The notes: generated from the letters alone by a model not told the origin. 64,000 bases of DNA from Candidatus Omnitrophota bacterium (GCA_043817155.1 JBDRHE010000069.1:3244-67243); one strand, 5' to 3'. Counted from the stretch's first letter, positions 53,556-64,000 are shown. A program made the numbers and translations.

Positions 53556-54139
53556 TTCTTACCTTTGCCCTTTTTCAATGCTATTTTTGCTATATAGAAA
53601 CCCATAAATAGAAGTACGATAAATAGTATTGAAAATAGATTGAAGTACTTCTGCAGATAAACTTTAACCGTTGGGCCGAAGAAATATATGGTGCCTCCAA
53701 CCAGGAAGAATCTTGCGCCTCGTGAGAGCACAGAGACCAGAATAAAACGGAAGAAATTGATATAGAATACTCCCCCCGCTATCGTAAAGACCTTGTAGGG
53801 GATCGGTGTAAAACCTGCTATGCCGATGGCCCACACATCGTACTTAGAAAAGTAATCATGGACCTTCAAGATCTTCTCTTCGGAAATGAATTTCCTAAGA
53901 ACCGGCCTGCCGCCTTTCAGACCAATAAAGTAACCAAGCATCGCTCCGAGGACCGATGCCAGGGTTGTAATTCCGGCCAGATAAAAGCTGGCCTCGGGGT
54001 CTGCCAAGGCAAGCGCGATCAGCAATATATCGGGAGGTATGGGAAAGAAGGAAGATTCACAGAATGCAAGCACAAATAGGCCGAGCGGTCCGTACGGCAT
54101 AAACTTCTCTATAGTCCACTTGCCCATTGATCTTAGCAT
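53552..54139 (-). CDS. YqaA/DedA (VTT domain) membrane protein
   Basis: ESSFFPIPPD, GFTPIPYKVF, RGARF. Confidence 0.9.
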   Translation of the reverse strand: MLRSMGKWTIEKFMPYGPLGLFVLAFCESSFFPIPPDILLIALALADPEASFYLAGITTLASVLGAMLGYFIGLKGGRPVLRKFISEEKILKVHDYFSKYDVWAIGIAGFTPIPYKVFTIAGGVFYINFFRFILVSVLSRGARFFLVGGTIYFFGPTVKVYLQKYFNLFSILFIVLLFMGFYIAKIALKKGKGKK

Positions 54140-54160
54140 ATTGACCTCATTGTCTTACCT

Positions 54161-54404
54161 CGTCTTTGCGAGGCACCGGAATAATCGAACGTGCCGAAGC
54201 AATCTCATCGAGCTCGCTTGAGATTGCTTCGGTGCGCTAACTTAATTACGGCACCTCGCAAAGACGAGTGCAGCATTGCTTCGGTGCGCTAGCTTTTTAC
54301 GGCACCTCGCAAAGACGGGGAAGGAAACGACCGTTTCGGTGCACTACTCTATTTACGGCACTTCGGCCTGTTAGATAATATATTCAACAGGCTTCGCAAA
54401 AACG
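54161..54404. mobile_element. Insert-free family A element followed by two extra right arms, the last with a V insert
   Basis: Empty site GCCGAAG|CAATCTC visible here; V at 54366-54392 flanked by TTCG duplication. Confidence 0.85.
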
Positions 54405-54439
54405 AACTCAAAAAAGAGAAGATCGGGTCAGCCCCTTGC

Positions 54440-55084
54440 TCATTTTTCGCTCCACCCCTCTTCACCCAGGAGCGGCACAAAGACACAACCGCACAGCTCT
54501 ATTTTGTTAATACCACCGGCTCTCTTCTCTATAACGGTCAGGATCTGGCTGTACATAGTTCCTAAGGGTATGACCAGTCTTCCGCCTATTGTGAGTTGAT
54601 CTATATAGGCATCCGGCACCTTTGGCGCAGCGGCTGTAACAATAATGCCGTCGTAGGGGGCATTCTCCGGCCATCCCAGCGTCCCGTCACCGACATTTAT
54701 CTTTACGTTCTTGACTCCTAATCTGTCAAGGGCAACCTTCGCCTCTATCGCAAGCGACTCCACTCTCTCTACAGAATAGATGTCCCTTGCAAGACTGGAT
54801 AGTATGGCTGCCTGATAGCCGCTTCCCGTACCGATCTCCAGAACCTTCTCATCCCCTTTAAGACATAGCGACTCGGTCATAAGCGCAACCATATATGGTT
54901 GCGATATCGTCTGGTTCTCCCCAATGGGTAACGGATGGTCCTCATATGACATGCCGCGCAGCTTCTGCGGGACGAGTTCATGACGCGCCACATTTCGAAA
55001 CGCTTCAAGAACCCTTCTATCTTTTATTCCGCGCGGCATAAGCTGCGTAGTGACCATCTTCTCTCTTTGGGCAGAATATTCCAT
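54440..55084 (-). CDS. pcm: Protein-L-isoaspartate O-methyltransferase
   Basis: QTISQPYMVA, VLEIGTGSGYQAA, APYDGIIVTAA, FVPL. Confidence 0.95.
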   Translation of the reverse strand: MEYSAQREKMVTTQLMPRGIKDRRVLEAFRNVARHELVPQKLRGMSYEDHPLPIGENQTISQPYMVALMTESLCLKGDEKVLEIGTGSGYQAAILSSLARDIYSVERVESLAIEAKVALDRLGVKNVKINVGDGTLGWPENAPYDGIIVTAAAPKVPDAYIDQLTIGGRLVIPLGTMYSQILTVIEKRAGGINKIELCGCVFVPLLGEEGWSEK

Positions 55085-55139
55085 TTTACCGCGACCGGGT
55101 GAGCGTTTGATAATAAGATCGGAAACCGGGGTCTTTTGC

Positions 55140-55808
55140 CTATTTTGCAAAATACGATCTAAGGATCATCCCGATGAACCTTAGCGTATCCTTAACAGGG
55201 CGAATGTGGCTCAGTTCATCAGAGTAGATCGTCTCTATAGGCACAGAACCTATCTTGAATTTGGCTCGGGACGCCTTTATCAGTATCTCTGATTCCAGAT
55301 CGAATTTACGGGACTCCAGCTTGATCTTCTTTAGAACCTTTCGCCTGATCAACCTGAAGCCACACTGGGTATCCGGGATTGCCTGTCTGCATACAAGTGA
55401 AAGGAAGAGAGACATGCACCTGTTTGTTGCCAGCCTGACAAAGGGCATATCCTTCGTTACCGCCATCCTGTTGCCGATTATCAGGTCATCGCCGTGCTCC
55501 CTTGCGTAGCTTATGAACTTCTCGATCTCTTTCGGGTTATGCTGACCATCGCCATCCATTATTATGACCGAATCGAAATTGGTCATCCTGAGTATAAAGT
55601 CGAACCCCTCCTTGATCGAAGCGCCCTTTCCCAGGTTCTTAATATTTCTCATTACAACAGCGCCGTTCTCCGAAGCAATCTTCCCGGTGTTATCCGTAGA
55701 TCCGTCATCGATCACAATAACTTCATGCCCCAGGCCTTTGATCTCCCGAACAATACCGCCTATAGTCCTCTCTTCGTTATTGGAAGGTATTAAAACGCAC
55801 GTTCGCAT
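55140..55808 (-). CDS. Glycosyltransferase family 2 (DPM1-like)
   Basis: IDDGSTD, NLGKG, MDGDGQH, DTQCGFR. Confidence 0.9.
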   Translation of the reverse strand: MRTCVLIPSNNEERTIGGIVREIKGLGHEVIVIDDGSTDNTGKIASENGAVVMRNIKNLGKGASIKEGFDFILRMTNFDSVIIMDGDGQHNPKEIEKFISYAREHGDDLIIGNRMAVTKDMPFVRLATNRCMSLFLSLVCRQAIPDTQCGFRLIRRKVLKKIKLESRKFDLESEILIKASRAKFKIGSVPIETIYSDELSHIRPVKDTLRFIGMILRSYFAK

Positions 55809-56660
55809 TTAATCCCACACCTTTCTGAACGCGTACCACTGGTCGGGGTATGACCTTATATATCCTTCTATTACGGATATATATCTTTTGATAAATCTCT
55901 TTATATCGTCTTCATTATCACCGGTATTCACACTCTCGAGTGGCTCATGAAAGAAGACCCTAAACGCGTCATTCTCTACCCTTACTACGGAAAGCGGTAT
56001 GATGGGCGCGCCGGTCCTTAAGCTGAAGAATGCGGGGCCTTTTGGCAGGATCGTCTCTTTGCCGAAAAAATTGGCCTTAATACCGTGATTTGAAAAATCC
56101 CTATCGCCAAGGATACCGAGAAGGCCGTTATTTTTTAAGACCCTGAAACAACTCTTGAGATGTGCGCCTATCGGTATTATCTTTACACCGGCACGCATAC
56201 GCTGCTCCAGGAAGAAATCGTTGAGCCGCTTATCCGCGTGATCGAGAGCAATTGCATAGACAGGATAACCGAAACGCGCGATTATCGCTCCTGCCAGCTC
56301 CCAGTTACCGATATGTGCCGTAAGAAGTATAGCTCCCTTTCCTCCGGCCATCGCTTTGTCGATATTCTCCTTGCCCTCTATGCTGATATTGGCCAAAAAG
56401 TAGTCACTATTCAACCTTGAGAATCTGAGGAAGTCGACGAGATATTTTGCAAAATTCTTAAAGACATTCCTGATAAGCGGTTTTACCCTCTTCTTATCAT
56501 CCGTTTCCAACACAACCCGTAGATTCTCCTCCAGATTCTTTCGATCATCACGGGCGAAAATATAATATATGTCTGCCAGTAACATAGCGATCTTATATCC
56601 GGTCTTAAGAGGAAACTTCAGGGCCAGCCATCTTCCGAACATGAAAGAATGATACAGCAT
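55809..56660 (-). CDS. LPLAT-family acyltransferase (LpxL/HtrB- or PatA-like)
   Basis: HIGNWE, LGDRD, GPA, PDQW. Confidence 0.88.
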   Translation of the reverse strand: MLYHSFMFGRWLALKFPLKTGYKIAMLLADIYYIFARDDRKNLEENLRVVLETDDKKRVKPLIRNVFKNFAKYLVDFLRFSRLNSDYFLANISIEGKENIDKAMAGGKGAILLTAHIGNWELAGAIIARFGYPVYAIALDHADKRLNDFFLEQRMRAGVKIIPIGAHLKSCFRVLKNNGLLGILGDRDFSNHGIKANFFGKETILPKGPAFFSLRTGAPIIPLSVVRVENDAFRVFFHEPLESVNTGDNEDDIKRFIKRYISVIEGYIRSYPDQWYAFRKVWD

Positions 56661-57781
56661 TACATTATCCTCTCGAGCACGGTTTTGGCTATATCCAAAG
56701 CGCTATCCGGCCTTGAAAAATTTCTCGCACGCTCTTGCATGTTCGCAAGCGCTTGCGGATTGGACAAGAGTTCCGTTATGATCGTGTCCAGATCCCGCAG
56801 ATTCTCTACCTTCACAGCCACCCTGTTCTTTACGATGTGTTCTGTATTCATCTGTTCATGCCCGGGTATGGGCCTGACTATTAACACCGGCAGCCCTTTG
56901 GCAAAAGATTCGCTTACCGTAATACCGCCTGGCTTGCTTATAACAAAAGATGATATATCCATCAGCTCTTCTATCTTACTGACATACCCCAGAATAACGA
57001 TCTTTTTAGTAAAACGCCTCGCGGCCTTCTTAAGGTTCTCGTAAAGCCTTCTGTTCTTCCCGCAGACTATGATTATTTGAAATGTCCTACATACATTGTT
57101 CAGCGTCTTTGCGATATCAACGATCGGGCCCACCCCCTGGCTACCACCCATTACAAGTACGATCGGTTCCTCCGGGGAGAGATCCAGGCTTTCTTTCACC
57201 TTCTTTTTGTCGACGAACTTCTTGAATCTATGATCTATCGGGATCCCGGTCAGTTTTATCTTATCTCTTTGGATGCCATTTGCTATGAGACGCTCTTTTG
57301 TCTCCTCGGAAGGCACAAAATACATATCTACATTATCATAAACCCAGTATGAATGCGGGGCATAATCGGTAAGGATCCCCGACAACATAAACTTGAGCCC
57401 AAAGGTCTTGATGTAATCCGCAACGATGCCGCATGGAAAAGCCTGGGTACATATCACAGCGTGCGGCTTAAAACCTTCCAGTAGATCCTTCATCTTATGG
57501 GAATTATATTTATGGATCGCGGCCTTGAGATTCTGCGTACTCTTAACAACGCGCGGATTATCGTAGATATACCCCCACACCTCGGGCGTTCTATTTATAA
57601 TACCCATGTACGCCCTGTTCACGATCTTCTCGAGTATGGGGTTGGTGTAGTTGAAAGAGTTTACGCTCTTTGTCTCTATATCATCAGACAACGCGTGTAG
57701 AGCGCCCTCTACGGCAAGGCTGGCGCTGTGGTGGCCTGAGTTCTCCGATATATACATTAGCAGAATGCGCTTCTTACTCAT
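56660..57781 (-). CDS. MGDG synthase/UgtP-like GT28 glycosyltransferase
   Basis: SGHH, LTDY..H..W, TGIPI, MGGSQG, KPGGIT.SE, PGHEQMN. Confidence 0.85.
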   Translation of the reverse strand: MSKKRILLMYISENSGHHSASLAVEGALHALSDDIETKSVNSFNYTNPILEKIVNRAYMGIINRTPEVWGYIYDNPRVVKSTQNLKAAIHKYNSHKMKDLLEGFKPHAVICTQAFPCGIVADYIKTFGLKFMLSGILTDYAPHSYWVYDNVDMYFVPSEETKERLIANGIQRDKIKLTGIPIDHRFKKFVDKKKVKESLDLSPEEPIVLVMGGSQGVGPIVDIAKTLNNVCRTFQIIIVCGKNRRLYENLKKAARRFTKKIVILGYVSKIEELMDISSFVISKPGGITVSESFAKGLPVLIVRPIPGHEQMNTEHIVKNRVAVKVENLRDLDTIITELLSNPQALANMQERARNFSRPDSALDIAKTVLERIM

Positions 57782-57805
57782 GCGGATCGAATCTGACCTC
57801 GGTAT

Positions 57806-58990
57806 TTAAGTCTCCATTTCCAAAACACGTTTTATTCTCTTCACAGCTTCGTTAATTCTGCGGGTCTCTTCGACAAGCGCGAACCTTACATAGCCTTCCC
57901 CGTATTCTCCAAAGCCCGTACCGGGAGCCAATGCAACACCTGTCTCGCGTATCAAAAGTGCCACGAACTCCATAGAGGTCAAAGCGCTGTACTTATCGGG
58001 AATACGCGCCCAAATATAGAAAGTAGCCTTGGGCGAGGGAACCTGCCAACCTATCTTTGCCAGCCCCCCGACAAGGGCATCTCTCCTCTTCTTATACTCC
58101 GATACAGTCTTCTTTACGCAGGTCTGCGGGCCTAGAAGCGCCTTTATGCACGCGTATTGGATCGGTTTAAAAGTTCCAAAATCAATATAGCTCTTTGTCT
58201 TCGCGAGCGTCCTTAAGATACTCTCATTCCCGACAGCAAAGGCTATTCTCCACCCGGCCATATTGTACGATTTGGAACATGTGTGGAACTCGACACACAT
58301 CTCTTTGGACCCCTTCACCTGGAGGATGCTGGGAGCCTTGTAGTTATCAAAAATAATGTCGGAATATGTCAAGTCGTGCCCGATTATAATATTCTTTCCC
58401 CTTGCCCACTCGACAACACCCTTAAAGAATTCAGGACTAGCCACTGCGGCAGTAGGATTGTGTGGGTAGCTCAGGAATAGCAGCTTGGACTTGGCTATGA
58501 TATCTTTTGGAATAGACGTAAGGTCCGGCAAATATCCGTCCTTCTCGTATATCGGGATATTATGCAATATCCCGCCTGCGATCAAGACTCCGTTAAAATG
58601 AACCGGATAAGCCGGGTTCGGCACAAGCGCTATATCGTCATTATTAAGAAACGCCAGCGAAAGATGCGCTATGCCTTCCTTTGACCCGATGAGCGGGAGA
58701 ACCTCTCTGTCAGGATCCAGTTTAACGTCGAATTTCTTTCTATACCATTTGGCGATCGCGGCCTTCAGCTTGATCTCCGACTCATCGATAGATCTTGAAT
58801 ACCTGTGATTCTCCTTATGGGTAGCTCTTTTACAGAGCTCGTCAACGATATGCTTGGCAGTGGGCTGATCAGGATTGCCCATGCCAAGGTCTATAATGTC
58901 CACGCCTCTCTGTTTTGCCTTCTTCTTCAGATCGTCGATGATCGTAAAAAGATAAAGCGGCAATCTCTTTAATCTATTTGCTTCCTGCAT
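57806..58990 (-). CDS. Class I/II PLP aminotransferase (LL-diaminopimelate/AlaC-like)
   Basis: IDLGMGNPD, GSKEGIAH, YPHNPT, SKSYNMAGWR, GEGYVRFAL. Confidence 0.85.
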   Translation of the reverse strand: MQEANRLKRLPLYLFTIIDDLKKKAKQRGVDIIDLGMGNPDQPTAKHIVDELCKRATHKENHRYSRSIDESEIKLKAAIAKWYRKKFDVKLDPDREVLPLIGSKEGIAHLSLAFLNNDDIALVPNPAYPVHFNGVLIAGGILHNIPIYEKDGYLPDLTSIPKDIIAKSKLLFLSYPHNPTAAVASPEFFKGVVEWARGKNIIIGHDLTYSDIIFDNYKAPSILQVKGSKEMCVEFHTCSKSYNMAGWRIAFAVGNESILRTLAKTKSYIDFGTFKPIQYACIKALLGPQTCVKKTVSEYKKRRDALVGGLAKIGWQVPSPKATFYIWARIPDKYSALTSMEFVALLIRETGVALAPGTGFGEYGEGYVRFALVEETRRINEAVKRIKRVLEMET

Positions 58991-59110
58991 CTCTAGCTCC
59001 TCTTCACATGTAAACTATATGTGTAATTGCTCGTGCCCAAATTAGCGGTCCTACATTGACGGAAATGGTATTGTGACATTCGAAACTTTGTTATACCCGC
59101 TTTTCTCACA

Positions 59111-59179
59111 TGTCATCCCCGCGCAGGCGGGGATCCAGGCGAGAGTTTCGTCTGGATTCCCGCATGCGCGGGAATGACA
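59111..59179. repeat. Family B REP-like doublet within a CCAAATTAG...CTAATTTGG-bounded segment
   Basis: Same doublet as 31886; upstream flank resembles 31810-31885 and 49842-49871. Confidence 0.8.
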
Positions 59180-59217
59180 AAAAACTAATTTGGACAGCTA
59201 TGATGTGTAATAGCATT

Positions 59218-60135
59218 CTACATCTTGCTTAAAACGCCTTTTATCGTCTTCGCAGCACTTCTGAGAGCCCCCAATTCGTCCACCGCCAGGTCCCACTCAA
59301 CTATCTCTATGATCCCGTCCTTGCCTATCTTTGCCGGGACACCCAGAGCGCAACCATCTATTCCATATTCTCCCTCAAGAACACAAGAGCATGGAAGTAC
59401 GCGCCTTTCATCGTTTATGATGGCTTTAAGGATAGAGAAGCATGACGCACTGGGCGAAAAATAAGCGCTACCGGATCTTAGGAGTCCCAGGATCTCGCCA
59501 CCCCTCTTTTTTGTACGGGCAATCAGTTCATCTAAGCTCTCTTTGTCCAGTACCTTATCTAATGCTTCGCCCTTTACGCGTGTTCTCGATACCAGTGGGA
59601 CCATGGTATCACCATGCGTACCCAGAACAATTGCGTCTATCCTATCCGGTTCAACCTTGAGCTTTTGCGAGATCGCCATAACAAAACGCGCTGAATCCAA
59701 AGTACCGGCCATACCCAGTATCTTTCTTCGGCTGCATCCGATCTCCTTATATGCCAGATACGTAATAATATCCAGAGGATTGGTCACGATTACAATGATA
59801 GCTTCCGGCGCATATTTGCGCACAGAGGCCAGGACCGACCTTGCGACTGCGCTGTTCTTCTTTATAAGATCATCTCGCGACATGCCTGGCTTGCGCGCAG
59901 ATCCGGCCGTTATGACTACGATCGCGGAGCCCCTTGTCTCTTCATAGCTTTCCGAACCAAGGATATCTCTCCTGTAACCCATGATCGGTGAAGCGTCGGT
60001 AAGATCGAACGCTTTGGCTTTTGCGAGCCCTTCGGCTATGTCAACAAGCACAACATCCGCAAGGTCGTGCGCGAGCACCCTTTCGGCCAACATCGAGCCA
60101 ACATTCCCTGCGCCTATTATTGATATTTTTGCCAT
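59218..60135 (-). CDS. mdh: Malate dehydrogenase (LDH-like)
   Basis: IIGAGNVG, TAGSARKPGMSRDDL, TNPLD, LDSARF, HGDTMVP. Confidence 0.93.
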   Translation of the reverse strand: MAKISIIGAGNVGSMLAERVLAHDLADVVLVDIAEGLAKAKAFDLTDASPIMGYRRDILGSESYEETRGSAIVVITAGSARKPGMSRDDLIKKNSAVARSVLASVRKYAPEAIIVIVTNPLDIITYLAYKEIGCSRRKILGMAGTLDSARFVMAISQKLKVEPDRIDAIVLGTHGDTMVPLVSRTRVKGEALDKVLDKESLDELIARTKKRGGEILGLLRSGSAYFSPSASCFSILKAIINDERRVLPCSCVLEGEYGIDGCALGVPAKIGKDGIIEIVEWDLAVDELGALRSAAKTIKGVLSKM

Positions 60136-60144
60136 AATTTACTG

Positions 60145-60256
60145 AAATATTAAAAATTAAATACCAAAAACTAAAAACACACACCAAAAACCTAAAAATA
60201 TTTTTTTATATTTGATATTTGTTTTTGGTTTTTTGTCTTTAGTTTTTGGTCTTTTC
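60145..60256. repeat. A-rich/T-rich inverted short-period repeat arrays
   Basis: ACCAAAAACTAAAAAC... facing ...TTTAGTTTTTGGT. Confidence 0.65.
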
Positions 60257-60263
60257 AATGTAG

Positions 60264-61343
60264 CTATTTTAGTCTGTCTATAATGGCGTCCGCCATCTCT
60301 TTGGTCCCTACAGCGGTTGGATCGTTTCTGTCCTCTTTTAAGTCATACGTTACATCCTTACCCTCTCGTATCACACCAGCAACCGCTCTCTCTAAACGAT
60401 CCGCCGCTTCAGTCTCGTTTAAATAGCGAAGCATCATAACGCCGGATAGGATTAGGGCTGTGGGATTGACCTTGTTCTGGCCCTTATATTTAGGTGCGCT
60501 CCCGTGCGTGGGCTCAAATAACGCAACGTCCCTGCCTACATTCGCGCCCGGTGCCACGCCAAGCCCTCCCACGAGTCCCGCGCAAAGGTCAGATATTATA
60601 TCACCATAAAGATTGGGTAGGACCAGGATATCATAAAGGAGCGGTTTTTGAACGAGCTGCATGCACATGTTATCGACTATCCTGTCCTCGAATTCTATAT
60701 CGGTGTATCCCCCGGCAACCTCCCTGGCCACCTCTAAGAAGAGTCCATCTGTAAATTTCATGATATTGGCTTTATGCACAGCCGTTACTTTCTTTCTGTT
60801 GTTCTTTCTTGCGTACTTGAAAGCGAACTCAACTATCCGCTTTGTCCCGCTTACAGAGATGGGCTTAATGCTTAAACCGGAATCTCTTTTGATCTTCAAA
60901 GGTCCGTTCTCTTCGATGGCCGCCATGACCTTCTCTGCGGCACTTGTCCCTTTTTCAAATTCTATACCCAGGTAGAGATCTTCGGTATTCTCCCTTATGA
61001 CAACAAGATCAACGCCTGCATAGTTGGACCGAACGCCCTTGTAGAACTTGCAGGGTCTCACGCAGGCGAAGAGATCCAAGGCATGCCTGAGACCTACGTT
61101 TACGCTTCTAAAGCCGCAGCCCACCGGTGTAACAATAGGGCCTTTGATCGCGACCTTATTCTTCCTGACGGACTCGATCACGCCATCCGGAAGCGGCGTC
61201 CCGAACTTTTCAATGACGTCCCCGCCGGCTTCCATCCTCTCCCACTCTATATCGATACCGGTTGCCTCCACACAACGTCGCATAGCCTCTGTTATCTCCG
61301 GACCTATACCATCTCCGGGTATCAACGTTACATTATGCTTCAA
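60264..61343 (-). CDS. icd: Isocitrate dehydrogenase, probably NADP-dependent
   Basis: [15 protein letters not shown] (IDH-type Ser/Asn), HKANIMK, HGSAPKY (Lys-Tyr of NADP-type enzymes). Confidence 0.88.
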   Translation of the reverse strand: MKHNVTLIPGDGIGPEITEAMRRCVEATGIDIEWERMEAGGDVIEKFGTPLPDGVIESVRKNKVAIKGPIVTPVGCGFRSVNVGLRHALDLFACVRPCKFYKGVRSNYAGVDLVVIRENTEDLYLGIEFEKGTSAAEKVMAAIEENGPLKIKRDSGLSIKPISVSGTKRIVEFAFKYARKNNRKKVTAVHKANIMKFTDGLFLEVAREVAGGYTDIEFEDRIVDNMCMQLVQKPLLYDILVLPNLYGDIISDLCAGLVGGLGVAPGANVGRDVALFEPTHGSAPKYKGQNKVNPTALILSGVMMLRYLNETEAADRLERAVAGVIREGKDVTYDLKEDRNDPTAVGTKEMADAIIDRLK

Positions 61344-61839
61344 GTTCCAGCTCCCCGTGTTTTTTGATATATTCGATCATCCCGCCTTCAGCAAGTATTC
61401 TCTTTGCGAGAGGCGGCATTGCTTTAAAGGTCAGGTTAAGCCCCTTCGACCTGTTCCTCAAGATGCTACTTTCGAGATCGAGCTCAAGTTCATCAGCGTC
61501 ATCGATATAGTTCGTATTGCACTCCAGGAGATATAGACCCAGGTTCAAAGCATTCCTGTAAAATATCCTGGCGAAACTCTTGGCGATAACAGCGCGAAGA
61601 CCTGTGGCCTTAAGAGCCAGCGGCGCCTGCTCTCTTGATGACCCGCATCCGAAATTCTCGCCACTTATAAGAAAATCCCCGCTTCTTATCCTTTTGTAGA
61701 AATTTTCCTCAATATCTTCAAACACATGCCTGGAAAGCTCCTTTGGATCTCGTATCCTGAACTTATATCTGCCGGATATTATATAATCCGTATTGACATT
61801 ATCCTGTAATTTAAGTAAACGATGCGCTATATTTGCCAT
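61333..61839 (-). CDS. leuD: 3-isopropylmalate dehydratase/homoaconitase family small subunit
   Basis: [28 protein letters not shown]. Confidence 0.85.
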   Translation of the reverse strand: MANIAHRLLKLQDNVNTDYIISGRYKFRIRDPKELSRHVFEDIEENFYKRIRSGDFLISGENFGCGSSREQAPLALKATGLRAVIAKSFARIFYRNALNLGLYLLECNTNYIDDADELELDLESSILRNRSKGLNLTFKAMPPLAKRILAEGGMIEYIKKHGELELEA

Positions 61840-63104
61840 TATTTTAATCTCCTCGAATACGTACGCACGTCAGCTATCTTTCCGGCAATTGCGGATGCCG
61901 CGACTGTGGCGGGACTGGCCAAATATATATTGGCGTTAGGGTTCCCCATCCTCCCCTTAAAATTCCTGTTAGCGGTTGATATGGCGTTTTCTCCATCCGC
62001 CAGGACTCCGTTGTGCGTTCCAACGCACGGACCACAGCCCGGCGCAAGAACTGCCCCGCCGGCTTCAATGAAAATATCGACGTAACCCTTTTTAACAGCG
62101 TCGAGGAATATCCTGCGGGATGCAGGACCTATCAGTAACCTTGTTGCAGGATGGACGCGGTTGCCTTTAAGGATCTTCGCCGCAATCTCCAGGTCCTCAA
62201 GTCTCCCGTTCGTACACGTGCCTATAAAAGCTTCATCTATCTCTTTACCAATGATCTTATCGACCGGTACAGCGCTATCCACTTCATGCGGCAGCGCCAC
62301 CATTGGTGAAAGTGAGCTTACATCATACTCCTTTATGTCCGAATAGACAGCGGTTTCATCAGCGGTTACGGTTCGAGGTTTTCGCTTCGTATGCGCCTTC
62401 AGCCAGCTTAGGACCTTCCCGTCAGCCTCGAAGATACCGCACTTAGCGCCCATCTCAACAGACATGTTGGCGATTGTAAATCTCGCATCCATGCTCGCTT
62501 TATCGATCATCTTTCCGTAGTATTCCAATGCCTTATAATTTGCGCCCTTGGATGTTATCTCACCGACTATCGCGAGAATCACATCCTTCGAGTAAACACC
62601 AACCGGTAACGAGCCGTTTATAATGATCTTGATCGTTTCGGGTACCTTGAACCAATTCTTCCCGCTCGCGACCGTTATGGCAACATCGGTCGACCCTACG
62701 CCGGTAGAGAATACATTAAGAGCCCCGTAGGTACATGTATGCGAATCGGCACCGAGCACGAGATCCCCGCTTGTCACGTATCCTCTTTCAGGAACCAGCT
62801 GATGGCATATACCGGCCCCTACATCGAATATATGTACGGAGTGCCTCCTGGCGAAATCCCTCATGATCTTGTGAATAGTGGATACACCGATATTAGGACT
62901 CGGAGCGCTATGGTCGATCACCATGCAAAATTTTGAACTGTCAAATACTTTTTCCTTCTGCAACTTTTCAAAACTCTCTATCACAAGGGAGCTCGTGCCA
63001 TCCTGGCCAAAACAGAAGTCAACATCGCAGATAGCTACATCTCCGGCCCTGAGATCCCTGTTCGCATGGCTACTAAGTATCTTTTCTGCTATTGTCTGTC
63101 TCAT
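61839..63104 (-). CDS. leuC: 3-isopropylmalate dehydratase/homoaconitase family large subunit
   Basis: IDH, GICHQ, GADSHTCTYGA, GTCTNGR, CGPCVG, NRNFKGRMG. Confidence 0.87.
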   Translation of the reverse strand: MRQTIAEKILSSHANRDLRAGDVAICDVDFCFGQDGTSSLVIESFEKLQKEKVFDSSKFCMVIDHSAPSPNIGVSTIHKIMRDFARRHSVHIFDVGAGICHQLVPERGYVTSGDLVLGADSHTCTYGALNVFSTGVGSTDVAITVASGKNWFKVPETIKIIINGSLPVGVYSKDVILAIVGEITSKGANYKALEYYGKMIDKASMDARFTIANMSVEMGAKCGIFEADGKVLSWLKAHTKRKPRTVTADETAVYSDIKEYDVSSLSPMVALPHEVDSAVPVDKIIGKEIDEAFIGTCTNGRLEDLEIAAKILKGNRVHPATRLLIGPASRRIFLDAVKKGYVDIFIEAGGAVLAPGCGPCVGTHNGVLADGENAISTANRNFKGRMGNPNANIYLASPATVAASAIAGKIADVRTYSRRLK

Positions 63105-63157
63105 TATCCGCCTGCATTTATCCGATTATATTGATCGCGCTCACGGTCAAAACTGCG

Positions 63158-64000
63158 CTATAGCCGTTTAAACCAATCGCCTATCCTCGTGAGTCCCTTC
63201 GATATATTCTCCATACCGGTCGCAAAGCTTAATCTTATGTGTTTATCCGAACCAAAGGCTGCTCCGGGCACGCACGCAACATGAACATCATCAAGCAATC
63301 TCTCGCAAAGAGCAACCGAGCCCAGACCCGTCTTTTCTATATTACAGAAAACATAGAACGCACCTTTTGGCGTAAAGCATGACATGCCCTTGATGGAATT
63401 TATCACGCGCACCATGTAATCTCTTCTTGAAACAAACTCAGCTCTCATGCGGCCTATTACTGCCTGGTCGCCTTTGAGGGCGCATAGGGCCGCTTTTTGA
63501 CTGATGGAAGTCGGGTTCGATGTGGAGTGGCTCTGAAGAGCGCCGATCTTCTCTATCATATCTTTAGGCCCAGCGGCATAGCCTATTCTCCAACCCGTCA
63601 TGGAATACGACTTCGAAACACCGTTTACCGTGATCGTCCGGTCATATATATCTTTACCGAGTGACGCGATAGAGACCTGTTTCACACCGTCATATGTGAG
63701 CGCCTCGTATATTTCATCGCTTATCACAAAGACCTTTTTAGAGACGGCTAAATCTGCGATATTTTCAAGCACCGCCTTGTCATAAACCGCTCCCGTAGGA
63801 TTAGATGGGCTGTTTATAATTATCGCCTTTGTGCGTTTTGTGATATTCTTCTTTAATAGCCCGGGATCGACGATATAACCATCCTCTTCTTTTGACTCTA
63901 CAACACGCGCTACAGCGCCACTTAGATGAACCATCTCCGGATAGCTGACCCAGTAGGGAGAGATCACGATCACCTCGTCGGTCCTGTCGCATAAGACCTG
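63158..64000 (-). CDS. aspC: Aspartate aminotransferase (5' truncated by window edge)
   Basis: NSPSNPTG, SDEIYE, SKSYSMTGWRIGY, GAFY, IRLSFA; frame stays open to the window end. Confidence 0.88.
   Translation of the reverse strand, partial: QVLCDRTDEVIVISPYWVSYPEMVHLSGAVARVVESKEEDGYIVDPGLLKKNITKRTKAIIINSPSNPTGAVYDKAVLENIADLAVSKKVFVISDEIYEALTYDGVKQVSIASLGKDIYDRTITVNGVSKSYSMTGWRIGYAAGPKDMIEKIGALQSHSTSNPTSISQKAALCALKGDQAVIGRMRAEFVSRRDYMVRVINSIKGMSCFTPKGAFYVFCNIEKTGLGSVALCERLLDDVHVACVPGAAFGSDKHIRLSFATGMENISKGLTRIGDWFKRL

Overview
A gene-dense bacterial chromosomal window, mostly housekeeping. All but two of about 60 genes (an ExeA/ExeB-like pair) lie on the - strand. A PVC-superphylum 'small basic protein' and two TIGR04073-like genes point to a PVC organism, probably Candidatus Omnitrophota (inference). 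Coding content: AmmeMemoRadiSam amrS (partial, with a twin-arginine leader) and amrB, three PilZ proteins and a GAF/HD-GYP protein, aroB, nnrE, a UvrD-helicase/PD-(D/E)XK nuclease fusion, dgt, thiC with a split thiE, heptose genes, an aroQ-pepQ-efp-accB-accC-amaP-pfkA run, rmuC, an M16 peptidase, MarR-TolC-RND, TonB and a BtuB-like receptor under a cobalamin riboswitch, cobO, a glycolipid-type operon, and aspC-leuC-leuD-icd-mdh. One tRNA-Gly(CCC) is present. I saw no transposase, integrase, phage gene or CRISPR array. The most unusual signal is non-coding. The intergenic spaces hold several families of small palindromic elements that nest inside one another at fixed sites, one with clear 4-bp target duplications, and one has entered the B12 riboswitch. 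There are also two long structured regions (42.7-43.8 kb and 52.6-53.0 kb); the first contains a duplicated ~200-nt rod hairpin whose two copies differ by compensatory base changes. All calls come from reading the sequence by eye; no searches or folding programs were run.
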